Source: Ptychomitrium polyphyllum (taxonomy: Eukaryota). From it: a DNA stretch of 64,000 nt. Each line of letters begins with the position of its first letter. The stretch's first letter is position 1. The notes beneath the pieces were generated by a model. It made no database searches, had not been told where the DNA came from, and saw only the letters and a program-made list of their open reading frames with translations. The position numbers were made by a program, and so were the translations under genes. Of the stretch, positions 12,876 to 24,436 are shown piece after piece. Location: the NCBI GenBank assembly GCA_973851085.1, contig OZ316776.1, positions 62,001-126,000 on the forward strand. The letters run 5' to 3'.

Positions 12876-15832
12876 TCATATTCCTCCAACCTCCGGTTTG
12901 CTTGACAAATTAGACCCCAATTTGATAAGTTTAGCCATAAACAACCCACTTGTGTTGGATGCAACCGGATCAAAACGCAAGGTGTGAGGCAAACCCCCAG
13001 GTCTGCATGGCCACTGCATCGCCAGCTCCACTTCTTGCAATTCTGACAGATAACAAAGACATTACCACACGATTGTTGTGAGATCGAAAATGATTGTCTG
13101 CTTCAGTGAATTACCAACTCAGTGCTGGTTAAATTTCTAGAATCACAAACCAAAACCTTGCATTCCACCACCAAGTGCTTGTATTCTTAGTTATGTCCAT
13201 GGGTATCAAAGAAAAACTACTGATTATTATTTGTCATCTTATCACTCTCCTTCAACAACCTTGATAAGAAGATTAACACTAAGTACTTCCGAGGCAGCAA
13301 AATATAACACACCTGCGTCATCATGAGTTGCAAGAAATCTCTCCACCACGCCTTCATTTTGGTCTATCGTTAAGCTGCTCAAAAACACACATGATCTGGT
13401 AATTGGTGAACAAGACATACTACAAGCAGCAACAAAAATACCACTCCACCAAACCCTAAAACCTGGTTTCGAATTGCTGTGAGCATGGTCAGAATGCTCA
13501 AAATCTTTCCGATGTTCTTACATTAATACACATCAAATTCAAAATAAATAAGGCGCGCGTGACTTGGACAATGCACCTGCAAGTGCTGTATACAAGTATG
13601 CCTCCAGGGTTCAATAACCTAAAACCATTGCTCAAGAGATGAAGCTGCGTATCACAAATGATACACGTGTCAAAGCGTGCTTAGTGGTCAGTGAACAGAA
13701 AATAGCACTATGTGAAGACAGTAAATGTGTAGACAAACTGCAGATGCACAAATTCCGCAAGTATTAAAAAATTGCCACTCTTACGTAAATACCTGAAGAG
13801 AGGTGATAGAAGCAATGCGATCTTCGTTCAAAAAACGTCTCTCAAATGTTTCCCAACCCCATTGCTCGTACTTAATAATGTGTTTCAATGAACCATCATG
13901 GGTGCACTCTGCATCCACTAACACCTACTCTTGCACAGGTTAAAAATAAGATGAATCAGTCCGTCGACTGTTAGATATCCTGCAACACAGTCGCATATAT
14001 ATCTCTGTGTGTGTGCGTATGTAACCAGATGTGACCATAAAGAACAAGAGGATATTGACGTACATCAAACAACGTATTTCGCCACAATGTAAAGGATTGC
14101 CTCAAGAAATTAGAAACAAAGGGAAACAAACTTCAGGGTCGACGCAGCGGTAGGTTATCACCTTGTCATAACCACGAAGAGACGTGTTCTGGAAGTCACT
14201 GCAAGTTTGCACCACATCTGCCACTTTCATGCCCACTACCCCTGAATCAACACCATAGAAAAAAAGCTCCGGTGCCCCATCCTCCCCAATCTGTAGAGGT
14301 ATTCCAAGGTACTTGGCCCTTTTTGCTGCCCGCTTTTCTTGTCGTGTTCTTCCTGGCCTCCATTCCCCATGCAACGTTGTTGTCTCCATCCTTGCATCCT
14401 TCTGGAAGCCATCTACATAAAGAGCAAGCAGAACAATTTTAAACCTTGCCAGGGGCACGAAACAAAGCTTAGAACATTAATCAAGAGGTCAGCTGCAGAT
14501 TCACATATAAAGATCCTTCAGGTGATCCGGCTTACAGTACTTAACCCCTACCACTTACCGCAGGTAATTGGCAGTCCATCAAAAGATGATAACAGTTTCA
14601 TTAACTTGCACTTCCGACACATATGAAGTTCAACTGAAGTTCCATATTCGTACGAACTTGAGAGACAATGCTGTCGTAAATTTAAAATTTGGCTCACTTC
14701 AGAGTCGGTACGCACCTTCATTATAGCAGCGACTGTTACCAGTAGCATCTCTAGGTTCTTTGTCATAGCACTGAACATAGCTAACATTTGTCGGACAGAA
14801 CTTGCTAGTACCAGTCAAAGGCAGCAAGGAGAAGGATGTTCCATCGCCCAGGTAAAGACGAGTTCGTCTTCCAAGGTCATACTTTCGCAGCATAGTGCGA
14901 CAGGCAGCCAGACGAGGTCGAGCAATATCTACTGCAGTTAATGACCCAGAATCTCCTAGAAACTCGGCCATCATGCACAACTTGGCGCCTGCCATGCCAG
15001 CAGAGTTAATAAAAAATGTTCCGTGCACATGACCTGAATTACGCGAAGCATCAATCGCAGCAAAGCACAAATTCCAGATTTACGAAACATAATTAAATGG
15101 CATTGCTACACAAGAAACAGAATGTACACAAGCGTCACCCACCGGGCGCAGCACAAAGATCCAGCACGTGATCGCCGGATGATATCTCCAGAGCTGCTAC
15201 AGCAGCACCTGAAGCTGCATCCATCCCATATAACTGATTACCCAAAACAGAAATTGATTGTCAGCAGGCCAGAGATTTATGAAAACGCTTCCTACAACGA
15301 CCAAACAACATCCATTGTAAGTGTACGAAAGAAAACTTCGAAAATCACCTTGCCCTGCTGGTATGCCTGGGTGCTCGCAATCTGAGCCTCAGGTGGTAAG
15401 CTGAAGAAATTAGGGAGCCATGTCAAGGGTGAAAGTTTCAGTCCAAGCTCTTCTTCGATTTCTGGAATTTCCGAACTGGCTTGTGGTTTGACTCTGTCCA
15501 CAGCGGGAAGATGGGCTAGGGTTTAATTTTCAACATCGACACCGCTTTCCACAAACTCACATGCACTCCTTTCTGATGGTTGTAATTTCGAACACTAACT
15601 CGATTCATGAATCTAACAAAACACTTCATGTTGACAGCATAAAGCAGAGGGAATCGCACCTGATGTATCGGGGCAGCCTGGTTGCGGCAGCATAGATGGA
15701 GGCATCGAGACCATTCTGCTTGAGAAACACCAGGAACGCGGGTGGCCAGGCAGTAGGCAGCTCGTCAGCCACGGCCTTGGCACGCAAGCACGCTTGTTGC
15801 ACTCTCATGTTTGCCATGGCCGCCGTAGCCAT
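12876..15832 (-). CDS. RsmB/NOL1/NOP2/Sun-family RNA cytosine-5 methyltransferase, multi-exon
   Basis: GT-AG exons 15832-15660, 15493-15349, 15233-15143, 14988-14812, 14412-14162, 13924-13793, 13644-13577, 13374-13313, 13042-12876; an extra exon near 14600-14780 is possible. Motifs VLDLCAAPGAK (I), YDKVLVDAECTHDG (IV), GGILVYSTCS (VI), QNEGVV and GLFMAKL. Confidence 0.92.
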
Positions 15833-17093
15833 GGCAGAACAATCCAACATAAAACGATTGCACAACTCAAAATTGAGAAAAAAATATGGTAAAGGAAAGC
15901 TATTGGGGTTGGCGAAGCACCCACTGTGACGAGCAGTACAGGCACAGGAACACCCAACACACGACCGAACCAAAACCTAAAACTGTGCGCGACACCTTGA
16001 ATCAGGCTTGACAGACTCGCTCTCCCAGCTGAGACTACTAAGCTGTCTGCATCAGAAGTTCATCCATTCATACAGGGCGTACGGGAGCGTGGAAGGGGCT
16101 GGCTTTTGCAGGCAGGCCCGGAAAAGCTCCGACCTGGTTGTGACGATTTTCCGAACCTTGCACCCACCGGGTACTGATCCTAGTACCTGCCACAGCCACG
16201 ACACATGGGCGACTCAAGGACACTAAGTAATTGGCGGACCCCACGTTGCTGCACCACTGCTCTCTACTGAAGAGTTCCAAGTTTCGACGCCAGCTTCAGT
16301 GCTTCTGCTTAGTTTGCCAAATTACTGAATTTGGGGCGACTGACGCGCACACTATATTCATCATTCCCGCTGTGGCGCATCGCAACTTTAGCAGAGCAGC
16401 GTAATCCTTAGCGAATGGATACTTCCGCTTGGCTTCTGCTGCACCACCTCTATCGTCGTCCTCGTCGTCTATTTCACGTTTGCGGGTCATGTCGTCCGGC
16501 CTGCGGGGATTGTGCGCCTGAGTTCCGTGACGGCGTCTACGGGTGTCGGAACTTTCCAGGAGTAGAGTACACTACTGTACTTCTGGAAAGCCCCTTCCTC
16601 CCTCTCTCGTGATGACGAGATCCATCGGCGTTTGGAGGGCCTGCGGAGGGGTTGGACCATGCAACGTCGTCGCTAGTGTTTTTCAGAGCATGCCGGTCTC
16701 GTGAAAGGACCATACGTTTCCCAGATTTACTCCGGAGCACGTGACCTTCCCACCCTAGGGTCCCAGGGGCGGATTGTGTCGTGTCTCTGATCTAATTGTG
16801 TCGTGATTTCCTTGCTTCGCTATGTTTAGATTTGATAGAGACGGATACGACATGCAGGCACGCAATGCGCGTTAACAGTCTCGCAGGTTTTCAGAGCCTA
16901 CCGCTTCGGGTGCAGAGTGTCTTTAGTGGTGCTCTTTCGTTTGTTGAAAGCATGATGCATCCTAATTATTGTCTCGTGGAGTTCCAAATTCAGAACTCAT
17001 GAAGCATGTCCTTGTTTAGATTCTCATCCCAGTGTGCGTGAGACAAGCACTCGTCAATCACGTTTATCTGCGTCGTGATGTTGTGAGGTGAAT

Positions 17094-19233
17094 ATGGTGC
17101 CGGTGGCTGCTGCTTCAAGACCACCAGGAAGGCCGAAACTGAGGTCCAAAAGCGATGGAAGGCCCGGATTGCCTGCCCTTTACACTTCCCGGAATTTGGA
17201 GAGGTGCACCCGGCAGCTGGGCCATTGGAATCCGTTTGCAAGTTCAGCTGCTGCTAGCCCGGAGCACAATCATCTTGGGGATTGTGTAACCGAGGATGCC
17301 AAACTCGGGAGTGTTGGTGCGAGGGAGGAAGGCCAGCAGGCGGAGAAAAACCCTAACTTGGGCGCTGGAGTCATTGGCGACGACAGCGCCTATCCCACCC
17401 TGGCGTCGGGGTTTCGGAGCGTGGCCATTAGCCTGGAATGTGGCCAATCTCCAGGCAGCCTACAACATCGGTCTAGAGGTAGAGATTTCGAACCTTTGCC
17501 TGCCTTCGGCGAGAACTGGTTCAAGCGGGTCGCCAATACGGGCTCAGACAGAGGGGTTTTCGAATTCGGAAAGGTGTTGAACGAATGTGGTGCTCGACCG
17601 GTGCAAGAGAGAAGGGGGCATGGCTGGAGCAAGCATCGGAAGCAGCTCTCACATGCGCTTGCTCGAGGGTTGTGGAGATGGAAGGATGGCTTTCACGCAC
17701 GGAAGAGGATGAAACGGTGCGGGCCGGGGGGTGGTCGCAACTCAGGTTCGGAGAGCAGTGACCGGGCTCCGTATGGAGTACACGCTTCCGACCCATCGAC
17801 AGCGCCAACTTCGAAGGCCGGCCCCTTCAAGTGGTCCGATTTTCCGGTTACTCCGACAGATTCCAGCGGTGAGCTTTTCAACTGTGTGGGAGGCGGCAGT
17901 TTGATGTCAAAAATGAATGCTCTGGGTAAAGATTGGACATCCTGTGGCTGCGCCCGTGGAGACGGCATTGGTGGACGAGCCGACTGTGACCAGTGCTGGC
18001 TTGGAACTGAGAATCACAACGCAGAGTCTGGCTATGGAAGTGAACCTGGGTACAGGGGTGATGAGGAGCTGGAATTCGGCGACATAGATGAGCAGGACGA
18101 AGAGGAAGTAGAGCCAGAGCATCTGCGGAGGTGGACGCAGGTCATTGCTTGTAGTCCCGGGGGATGTGATGCTCAAAGTCACGATGACATGCAGGAAGCG
18201 ATGAATGTGCAAGGTACAAATCTAAGCTCCAAACGAGCTTGTTAGGTCGATTTGCGTGCACTGGAAGCGTAGATGCGCAAGAATGTTTAGACTTTGGCGA
18301 GTGGTGCCTTTGGTGGCAGCTGGTGGTAACCGTTGGCACTTATGTCTATGATATGCAGTTCAAGGGAAACATGCCACCAGAGGGACGCAGAGTCGCTGCC
18401 ATGTGCCACTGTAAGTAAGTATTGGACCTTATATGGATCTCGTAATACGATACTGTATTCGCAATGTTCCTGCACCTGCAAGCTCAGGTTATGCTGATCC
18501 TGGACATGATGAAGCAGCCTCCAAGCACTCTATTGATGAAATGGTTTTATGTGCTGGTGATGAGGTCACCTTCAACATTGTGGAATTAGGCGATGTCTGA
18601 ATGTGCAACTCCAAGCACCCTAGTTTGTGGTGATTATGTATTGGTTGTTTACCTCTGTGTTTATGTGGGCAATCTTAGATGTGTCCGCACTTTATATGAG
18701 TTGTAAAGTTTGAGCAGGCTCCCCTTTTTGAGCACGTGACTACAGGATTCGCTAAGAAGTGAAAACACCGAATTTAGGAGCTTTTCACTCAGATCTGGCC
18801 AGTTCTCCTGCGTTCTGTCTTCTGGGCTTGCCTGCTCTGCAAGTAAGTTGCAGGCATGTATGACCACCTGTACTATCTATACTTGGACAACTGATGTGAC
18901 TTACAGAATCTTCAGAAGATTCTACACTCTTGCCTTCCGCACCGGGTAAAGCATACTGCAGTCGTTCTTGTTCTGAACCGTTGTCTTCTCATTTTTCTTT
19001 TTGCATACGTTTCTTGTTCTCTTCCGAGTTTAACAATTGGACTTGATTCCTATTAGGTGTCGGTACTCGGTGGACCGCTTGTGCTCAGATTCCGGAGAAG
19101 GGCCTTTAGTTGTTGATTATTCGCCCAAGCGTTGGTTGTGCTCCAAGTGTCCGTAGTAATCGTGAAAATGCTGTTATGTTTGCAGTGTCGTCACCACCAA
19201 TACTACTCGATTCCTGGGGTGGAGACCCACTAA
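17094..19233 (+). CDS. Uncharacterised plant protein with an ESGYGSEPGYRGD motif and acidic tract, 4 exons
   Basis: Long ORF from ATG 17094. Phase-compatible GT-AG exons 17094-18213, 18488-18564, 18907-18945 and 19186-19233 end in ...PHRCRHHQYYSIPGVETH*. The motif is recalled from uncharacterised angiosperm proteins. Confidence 0.7.
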
Positions 19234-19641
19234 GTTGTAAGATGTAGTCCAACTTGTTATTCTGCCAATTTAACCCCTTAAATAAATGGGGTGAATATTT
19301 TTCAAAGATGTATTATAAAAGGTTTGATGATTCACTTATATGAACTTGTATATATAATAAAAGGTATTATGTTATATCTACTATAACTATTTCCAAATCT
19401 CTAAGTTAATTTTAAATTTATTCAAATTTCAATCATGAATAAGAATATACGAATTGTTTTTATCTCCCTATTTTGAGGTTAAATGGTTCAAATGATGGTA
19501 AGAATCTTACAATGATATTTGTTGAACATGTAAAATCATCTTTAATTACTTCTTTTTGATATATATATATATATGCAATTTCATATAATTACATCATCTT
19601 ATATTCAAAAAGAATTAAAGTAGTTTATTTGAAGATCCATA

Positions 19642-19751
19642 GTACAGTTGTGCCAATTGGTTTGAAAACTTAAAAAATCTTGAATAAAGGAAAAGTGTAC
19701 AGTTGTGCCAATTGGTTTCAAAACTTAAAAAATCTTGAATAAACGAAAAGT
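19642..19751. repeat. 55-bp tandem duplication (2 near-identical copies)
   Basis: gtacagttgtgccaattggttt(g/c)aaaacttaaaaaatcttgaataaa(g/c)gaaaagt x2. Confidence 0.9.
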
Positions 19752-19865
19752 GTAGTTGAATGATATTTACAATTAATAATTTGGGTGCTTTTAATTTTCA
19801 GGAATTAAATTACTAACTTGAATAGAAAAAAATAAAAATAAATAAAAATATATATATATATATAT

Positions 19866-19965
19866 NNNNNNNNNNNNNNNNNNNNNNNNNNNNNNNNNNN
19901 NNNNNNNNNNNNNNNNNNNNNNNNNNNNNNNNNNNNNNNNNNNNNNNNNNNNNNNNNNNNNNNNN
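19866..19965. other. Assembly gap (100 N) preceded by a (TA)n tract
   Basis: Run of N; a TA microsatellite on the left and GC-rich bacterial DNA immediately on the right. Confidence 0.99.
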
Positions 19966-20117
19966 CCGGCGGGACCACCTCCCGAACTGGCGACACCCTG
20001 CCGGATGGAGGCTTCATCCGCTGTGATGGCAGGCACATTCTGATCGAATTTTTCGGAAAGTCGCGGGCGCCCCAGCGAGGTGCGGCCCAGCCGTCATCGC
20101 CCGCCTATGAGGGCACC

Positions 20118-21218
20118 CTAGCCCGCTTGCGCGAGCTTCTCGCGCGCCTGCCAGAAGCGGATCACGCGTTGCGCTGAGCTGATCGTCAGCTTGCGATACT
20201 TGCGGCTCGCGATCTCGGCATCGCCATCCGGCAATTGCGACAGATTGAGGCGCGCGGCCAGCACCGCCATCGTTGTCGTTGCGTCGAGATCGATCACCTT
20301 GCACAGCACCAGCATCGGGTCGTCGGACGCGTCATCCAGAAAGCGGTCGATCACGTCCACCGGCACCGTCGTCATCAGCGACAACGCAACCACCACCTCG
20401 TCGAGACGGCGCGCCTTGGCGAGCGCGAGAAGATTCGCCGCCGCGAGGCCGCCCCGCTGCTGCAATGCCGTGATCGCGCGCGTGGCCGCCGTATAGTCGC
20501 GTTTGGGCGCGACCTCCTCCTCGACGTCCTGCGTCACTTCGGCGAGAATCTTGGTGATGATGGCCTGCGTGTTCGGCTGCGCCGAATCGAGCAACCGCTT
20601 GCGCACCGCATCGGTCGCGCGCGTCAGCAGATGGCGAAACATCGGCGCCGGCAGTTCGCGCCGCCGTGCGATGGCGTTCGCCAGATCGCCATCGTCGGTC
20701 GCCTTGTTCACCAGACTGCGGAGCGAAACTTCGGTGAACCGCGCGCCATTATTGGCCGCAACCTTGCGGGCAACCGTCATGTCGCCGCGCTCGACCAGAA
20801 CGTTGGTCACCTGTTCGCAAACCTGCGCGCGTCCCGCGATCGCCGCGAGATGCTGTTGGCTTTTGGTGCGCGCGATCGCGACGAGTTCATCGTCGCCGAG
20901 CCGGCTGGATTGCGCCAGCACCGGCCCGGAAATCTCGATTGCGTCGTCAAACGCGAGGCGGCGCAGCAGACGATCCGGCGCATTGTCGAGCGTGGCGACG
21001 CGGTCGCTCAACTCCACCACGGCCTTCCATTCGATTTCGTTGATCAGGTGCTCGAACACATCGTCGAACACGCCGGTTTGCTCTTCGGTGACATGCGGCG
21101 CGGTGCTGACGAACAGGTCCGTGATGCGCCGGAGCATCTCGGTGCGCCGCTGGCTCGAGCCGGACTGAATCGCGGCCTCGAGTTCCCCAAGCAGATACGT
21201 CTGCGCTGAAAGTTCCAT
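20118..21218 (-). CDS. DUF2336 domain-containing protein
   Basis: ORF with likely ATG at 21218 (MELSAQ...). RRTEMLRRITDLF, LAFDDAIEISGPVLAQSSRL, QQHLAAIAGR and VAANNGARF are typical of the rhizobial DUF2336 family. Confidence 0.8.
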   Translation of the reverse strand: MELSAQTYLLGELEAAIQSGSSQRRTEMLRRITDLFVSTAPHVTEEQTGVFDDVFEHLINEIEWKAVVELSDRVATLDNAPDRLLRRLAFDDAIEISGPVLAQSSRLGDDELVAIARTKSQQHLAAIAGRAQVCEQVTNVLVERGDMTVARKVAANNGARFTEVSLRSLVNKATDDGDLANAIARRRELPAPMFRHLLTRATDAVRKRLLDSAQPNTQAIITKILAEVTQDVEEEVAPKRDYTAATRAITALQQRGGLAAANLLALAKARRLDEVVVALSLMTTVPVDVIDRFLDDASDDPMLVLCKVIDLDATTTMAVLAARLNLSQLPDGDAEIASRKYRKLTISSAQRVIRFWQAREKLAQAG

Positions 21219-21388
21219 GCAGAAATGACCGACGCTCGCCGCGGGTAGATGCCGGCGAACCAAATCAGAAATTTCTTAAGCGACCGTCGCGCAGCACATT
21301 CGATAAGCAGTGATACGGATCGGAGATGATGTACTTTTCGTGCATGAATTCGGTGCAATTCGCGGCATCGCGCCAACTGACGTAACGT

Positions 21389-22285
21389 CTAGTGCGCCCA
21401 CAACAGCATCACGACACCGACGACGATCATCGCCATGCCGATCGCCTCGCGCGGGCTGGTCTTCTGGCCGAAGATAAAGACCGAGATCCCCTGCGCGAAC
21501 AGCACCTCTAGCAATGCGAGCGTGCGCACGCTCGCCGCCGTCGCCAGCGCAAACGCGAGGAACCAGAACGCCGAGGCGGTTGCGCCCATCAGGCCGGCGA
21601 ACAGCGAGCGGCGCCACTGCGCGCCAATTGCGGTGAGCACCGCCCGATCGCGGAGCACCAGATATGCGGTCAGCAGCGCGGCCTGCAGCACGAGGCCGAC
21701 GGTGAGCGTGTAGATCGCCGCCATCGCGAAATTCGGATGCTGCAGGTCGAGGATCGCGCCGCGATAGCCGATGGCGGACAGCGCAAACATGCCACCGGAG
21801 ATCAGCCCGATGATGGTCGGCTTCATGCCGCCTTCCATCCCGCCGGGCTTGAACGACATGACGATCACACCGGCCGTCGCGACGAGGATCGCCGCCATGA
21901 TCGGCAGGCTGACAACGTCGGAAAGAAAGATCGCGCCGAAGATCGCGACCTGAATCGGTTCGGTCTTGATGTAGGCGACGACGACGACGAACGAGCGCTG
22001 ACCCATCGCGGCGAGCATCGTGGCAGTCGCGCCGATCTGGAAGATCGCGCCGGCCAGCAACCACGGAATGAAGCTCAGTCCCGGGCGCGGAAATTCCGAA
22101 CCGCTGAAAATCCATACGCCGAGCAGGAACACAATCGCGAACGGAAAGCCGAACAGGAAGCGCACATGCGTCGCGCCGACGGTGCCGAGCGTGGTCGTCA
22201 GTTCGCGCTGCATCGCGTTGCGTGCGGTCTGCGCGGCGGCGGCCAGCACAGTGAAGACAGCCCAGAGCCAGGCGAAGGTGATCAT
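21389..22285 (-). CDS. DMT/EamA-family transporter
   Basis: 298 aa with ~10 hydrophobic segments in two repeats; QTARNAMQR, VRFLFGFPFA and AYIKTEP motifs. Confidence 0.85.
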   Translation of the reverse strand: MITFAWLWAVFTVLAAAAQTARNAMQRELTTTLGTVGATHVRFLFGFPFAIVFLLGVWIFSGSEFPRPGLSFIPWLLAGAIFQIGATATMLAAMGQRSFVVVVAYIKTEPIQVAIFGAIFLSDVVSLPIMAAILVATAGVIVMSFKPGGMEGGMKPTIIGLISGGMFALSAIGYRGAILDLQHPNFAMAAIYTLTVGLVLQAALLTAYLVLRDRAVLTAIGAQWRRSLFAGLMGATASAFWFLAFALATAASVRTLALLEVLFAQGISVFIFGQKTSPREAIGMAMIVVGVVMLLWAH

Positions 22286-22349
22286 GCTCCGTTACTGCCG
22301 CGCCGCCCGTGTGTGGTCAATGCAAGGCCGCGCATGGGTGTTGCGCTTT

Positions 22350-22483
22350 CCCTCGCCCCGCGAAAGCGGGGAGAGGGTGCCGAAGACCGCAGGTCTGAGG
22401 CGGAAGAGGGGCAGCGCGAGCAGCGAACCGCCCTCTCCCGGCTCGCTTTCGCTCGCCACCCTCTCCCGCAAGCGGGAGAGGGG
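22350..22483. repeat. REP/RIME-like palindromic element
   Basis: Hairpins ccctcgccccgc-gaaa-gcggggagaggg and ccctctcccgc-aa-gcgggagaggg in the intergenic region; related to 27129-27258. Confidence 0.8.
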
Positions 22484-22495
22484 AAAGAAGAAGCG

Positions 22496-23236
22496 TCAGC
22501 CCGCCCGCTGCGCCAGCACCATGTAGTTCACATCGGTGTCGAGGGAGAGCTCCCAGCGGTCGGCGAGCAGATTGTAGATCACGCCGCGTTCGTCGGTGGT
22601 GCGAAGCCCGGCGCGCTCCATCGCGATTTCGAGCTCGTCCGGCGTCACGAACTTGTCCCACCGATGCGTGCCGCGCGGCAGCCAGCGCAGCACATACTCG
22701 GCGCCGACGATCGCCAGCGCGAAGCTTTTCATGGTGCGATTGAGCGTGGCGGCGACCATTAAACCGCCGGGCCGCACCATCTCGGCGCAGCGCGACACGA
22801 ACAGCGTCACATCCGACACGTGCTCGACCACTTCCATCGCCAGCACGATGTCGAAGCGCTCGCCCGCATCCGCCAATGCCTCTGCGGTCGTCGCCCGATA
22901 ATCGATCGCGAGGCCGCTTTGCTCGGCGTGCAGCCGCGCCGCCGCGACATTTTTCTCGACCGGGTCAGCACCGAGCACGTTCGCGCCAAGCCGCGCCAAA
23001 GGCTCCGACAGCACGCCGCCGCCGCATCCGATATCGAGAATGCGCAGGTCCTTCAGGCTGTCGAGCTGCTTGGCGTCACGCTCGAATTGCCGGCATGCGG
23101 CATCGCGGATGTAGGCGAGCCGCACCGGATTGAACTTGTGCAGCACCGCCATCTTGCCGCGCGGGTCCCACCACTGCTCGGCCCAGCTTTCGAAGCGGGA
23201 GAGTTCGGCCTGGTCGACGGTGGATTGAGCGTTCAC
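22496..23236 (-). CDS. ubiG: Bifunctional 2-polyprenyl-6-hydroxyphenol / 3-demethylubiquinol 3-O-methyltransferase
   Basis: [62 protein letters not shown] and DVNYM. GTG at 23236 with a GGAGGAG SD upstream. Confidence 0.95.
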   Translation of the reverse strand: MNAQSTVDQAELSRFESWAEQWWDPRGKMAVLHKFNPVRLAYIRDAACRQFERDAKQLDSLKDLRILDIGCGGGVLSEPLARLGANVLGADPVEKNVAAARLHAEQSGLAIDYRATTAEALADAGERFDIVLAMEVVEHVSDVTLFVSRCAEMVRPGGLMVAATLNRTMKSFALAIVGAEYVLRWLPRGTHRWDKFVTPDELEIAMERAGLRTTDERGVIYNLLADRWELSLDTDVNYMVLAQRAG

Positions 23237-23252
23237 AAAATTCTCCTCCTCT

Positions 23253-23328
23253 CCGCTCATGCCCGCGAAAGCGGGCATCCAGTACTTTGAGCAAAGAACT
23301 GGGTCCCCGCTTTCGCGGGGACGAGCGG
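23253..23328. repeat. REP/RPE-like palindromic doublet
   Basis: atgcccgc-gaaa-gcgggcat...gtccccgc-tttc-gcggggac enclosed by a ccgctc/gagcgg inverted repeat. Confidence 0.8.
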
Positions 23329-23334
23329 AAGAAA

Positions 23335-24345
23335 TCACGATACCCGAGAAACTCGCCCCTCGATCGGATACTGCGGATCATTATACCCCGGCGATGCCGG
23401 GTGACCCGGCGCGACCAGATCGTTCACGAACGCCTCGTCCTCGGGGGTGAGCTTGCAATCGAGCGCCGCCACATAGTCGTCCCACTGCGCTTCGGTGCGC
23501 GGGCCCGCCACCACGCCGGTCATCAGCCTGTTGTTGAGCACCCACGCGACCGCCAGATGCGACGCCGCGACACCGCGCTTGTCGGCGTACTGCTTGAACT
23601 TCTGCGCGGCCGCCAATGTCTCGGGCCGCATTTCGGTTTCCAGCATGCGCTTGTCGGCGCGGCCGGCGCGCGAATCCTTTTCCGCCTCGGTGCCCGGCGC
23701 ATATTTGCCGGTGAGCACCCCGCGCGCGAGCGGCGAGTAGCTCACCACGCCGATGCCGTAGTTCGCACACACCGGAAGCTGCTCGGTTTCGGCGACACGA
23801 TAGAGCGCGTGATAGTAGGGCTGGCTGACGATCGGCCGGTCGATCCCCATCTCGTCGCAGAGGTGGCAGATCTGCGCGATGCGCCAGGCGCGATGGTTCG
23901 AGACGCCGAAGTAGCGGATCTTGCCGTCGCGAATGAGTGTGGCAAGCGCGCGCACGGTTTCGGCGAGCGGCGTCTCGTGATCCTCCTTGTGCAGATAGAG
24001 AATGTCGATGAAGTCGGTGCCGAGCCGCCGCAGGCTCTCTTCCGCGCACTGCATCACCCATTTACGCGACAGCCCGCCATGGTTCGGCCACTTGCTGCGC
24101 ACGTTGCCGAGCTTGGTCGCCAGCACCCAATCCTGCCGCCGGTTGCCGATGGCCCGTCCGGTGACCTCCTCGGACTTGCCGCCGGTGTAGCCATCCGCCG
24201 TGTCGATGAAGTTGATGCCCTGGTCCTTGGCCTTGGCGACGATACGCCCCGCCGTTGCCTCATCGGTCGGCCCGCCGAACATCATGGTGCCGAGGCACAG
24301 CGGCGACACCCTCACGCCCCCACGACCGAGACTTCGGTATTCCAT
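23335..24345 (-). CDS. Aldo/keto reductase
   Basis: [53 protein letters not shown] and [13 protein letters not shown]; catalytic D/Y/K/H present. Confidence 0.95.
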   Translation of the reverse strand: MEYRSLGRGGVRVSPLCLGTMMFGGPTDEATAGRIVAKAKDQGINFIDTADGYTGGKSEEVTGRAIGNRRQDWVLATKLGNVRSKWPNHGGLSRKWVMQCAEESLRRLGTDFIDILYLHKEDHETPLAETVRALATLIRDGKIRYFGVSNHRAWRIAQICHLCDEMGIDRPIVSQPYYHALYRVAETEQLPVCANYGIGVVSYSPLARGVLTGKYAPGTEAEKDSRAGRADKRMLETEMRPETLAAAQKFKQYADKRGVAASHLAVAWVLNNRLMTGVVAGPRTEAQWDDYVAALDCKLTPEDEAFVNDLVAPGHPASPGYNDPQYPIEGRVSRVS

Positions 24346-24421
24346 TTGTTCCCTTTCGTGGAACTTTTCCGCGCCGCCTATTTCAACGCGTTGTAGCGCG
24401 CTTGACTAATCGCGCTAACAA

Positions 24422-24436
24422 GAACAAATGTAGAAC
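24422..24436 (+). promoter_or_regulatory. Alphaproteobacterial LexA (SOS) box GAAC-N7-GAAC abutting the radical SAM start codon
   Basis: GAAC AAATGTA GAAC then ATG (24437); a TTGACT -35-like hexamer at 24402-24407. Confidence 0.8.

Noticed and set aside
19791..20038. ORFs spanning the N gap
   Set aside because: Artefacts of translating through Ns across two unrelated sequences.
24348..24364. GTTCC-N7-GGAAC palindrome upstream of the AKR gene as a second LexA site
   Set aside because: Inverted rather than direct arrangement; does not fit the alphaproteobacterial consensus.
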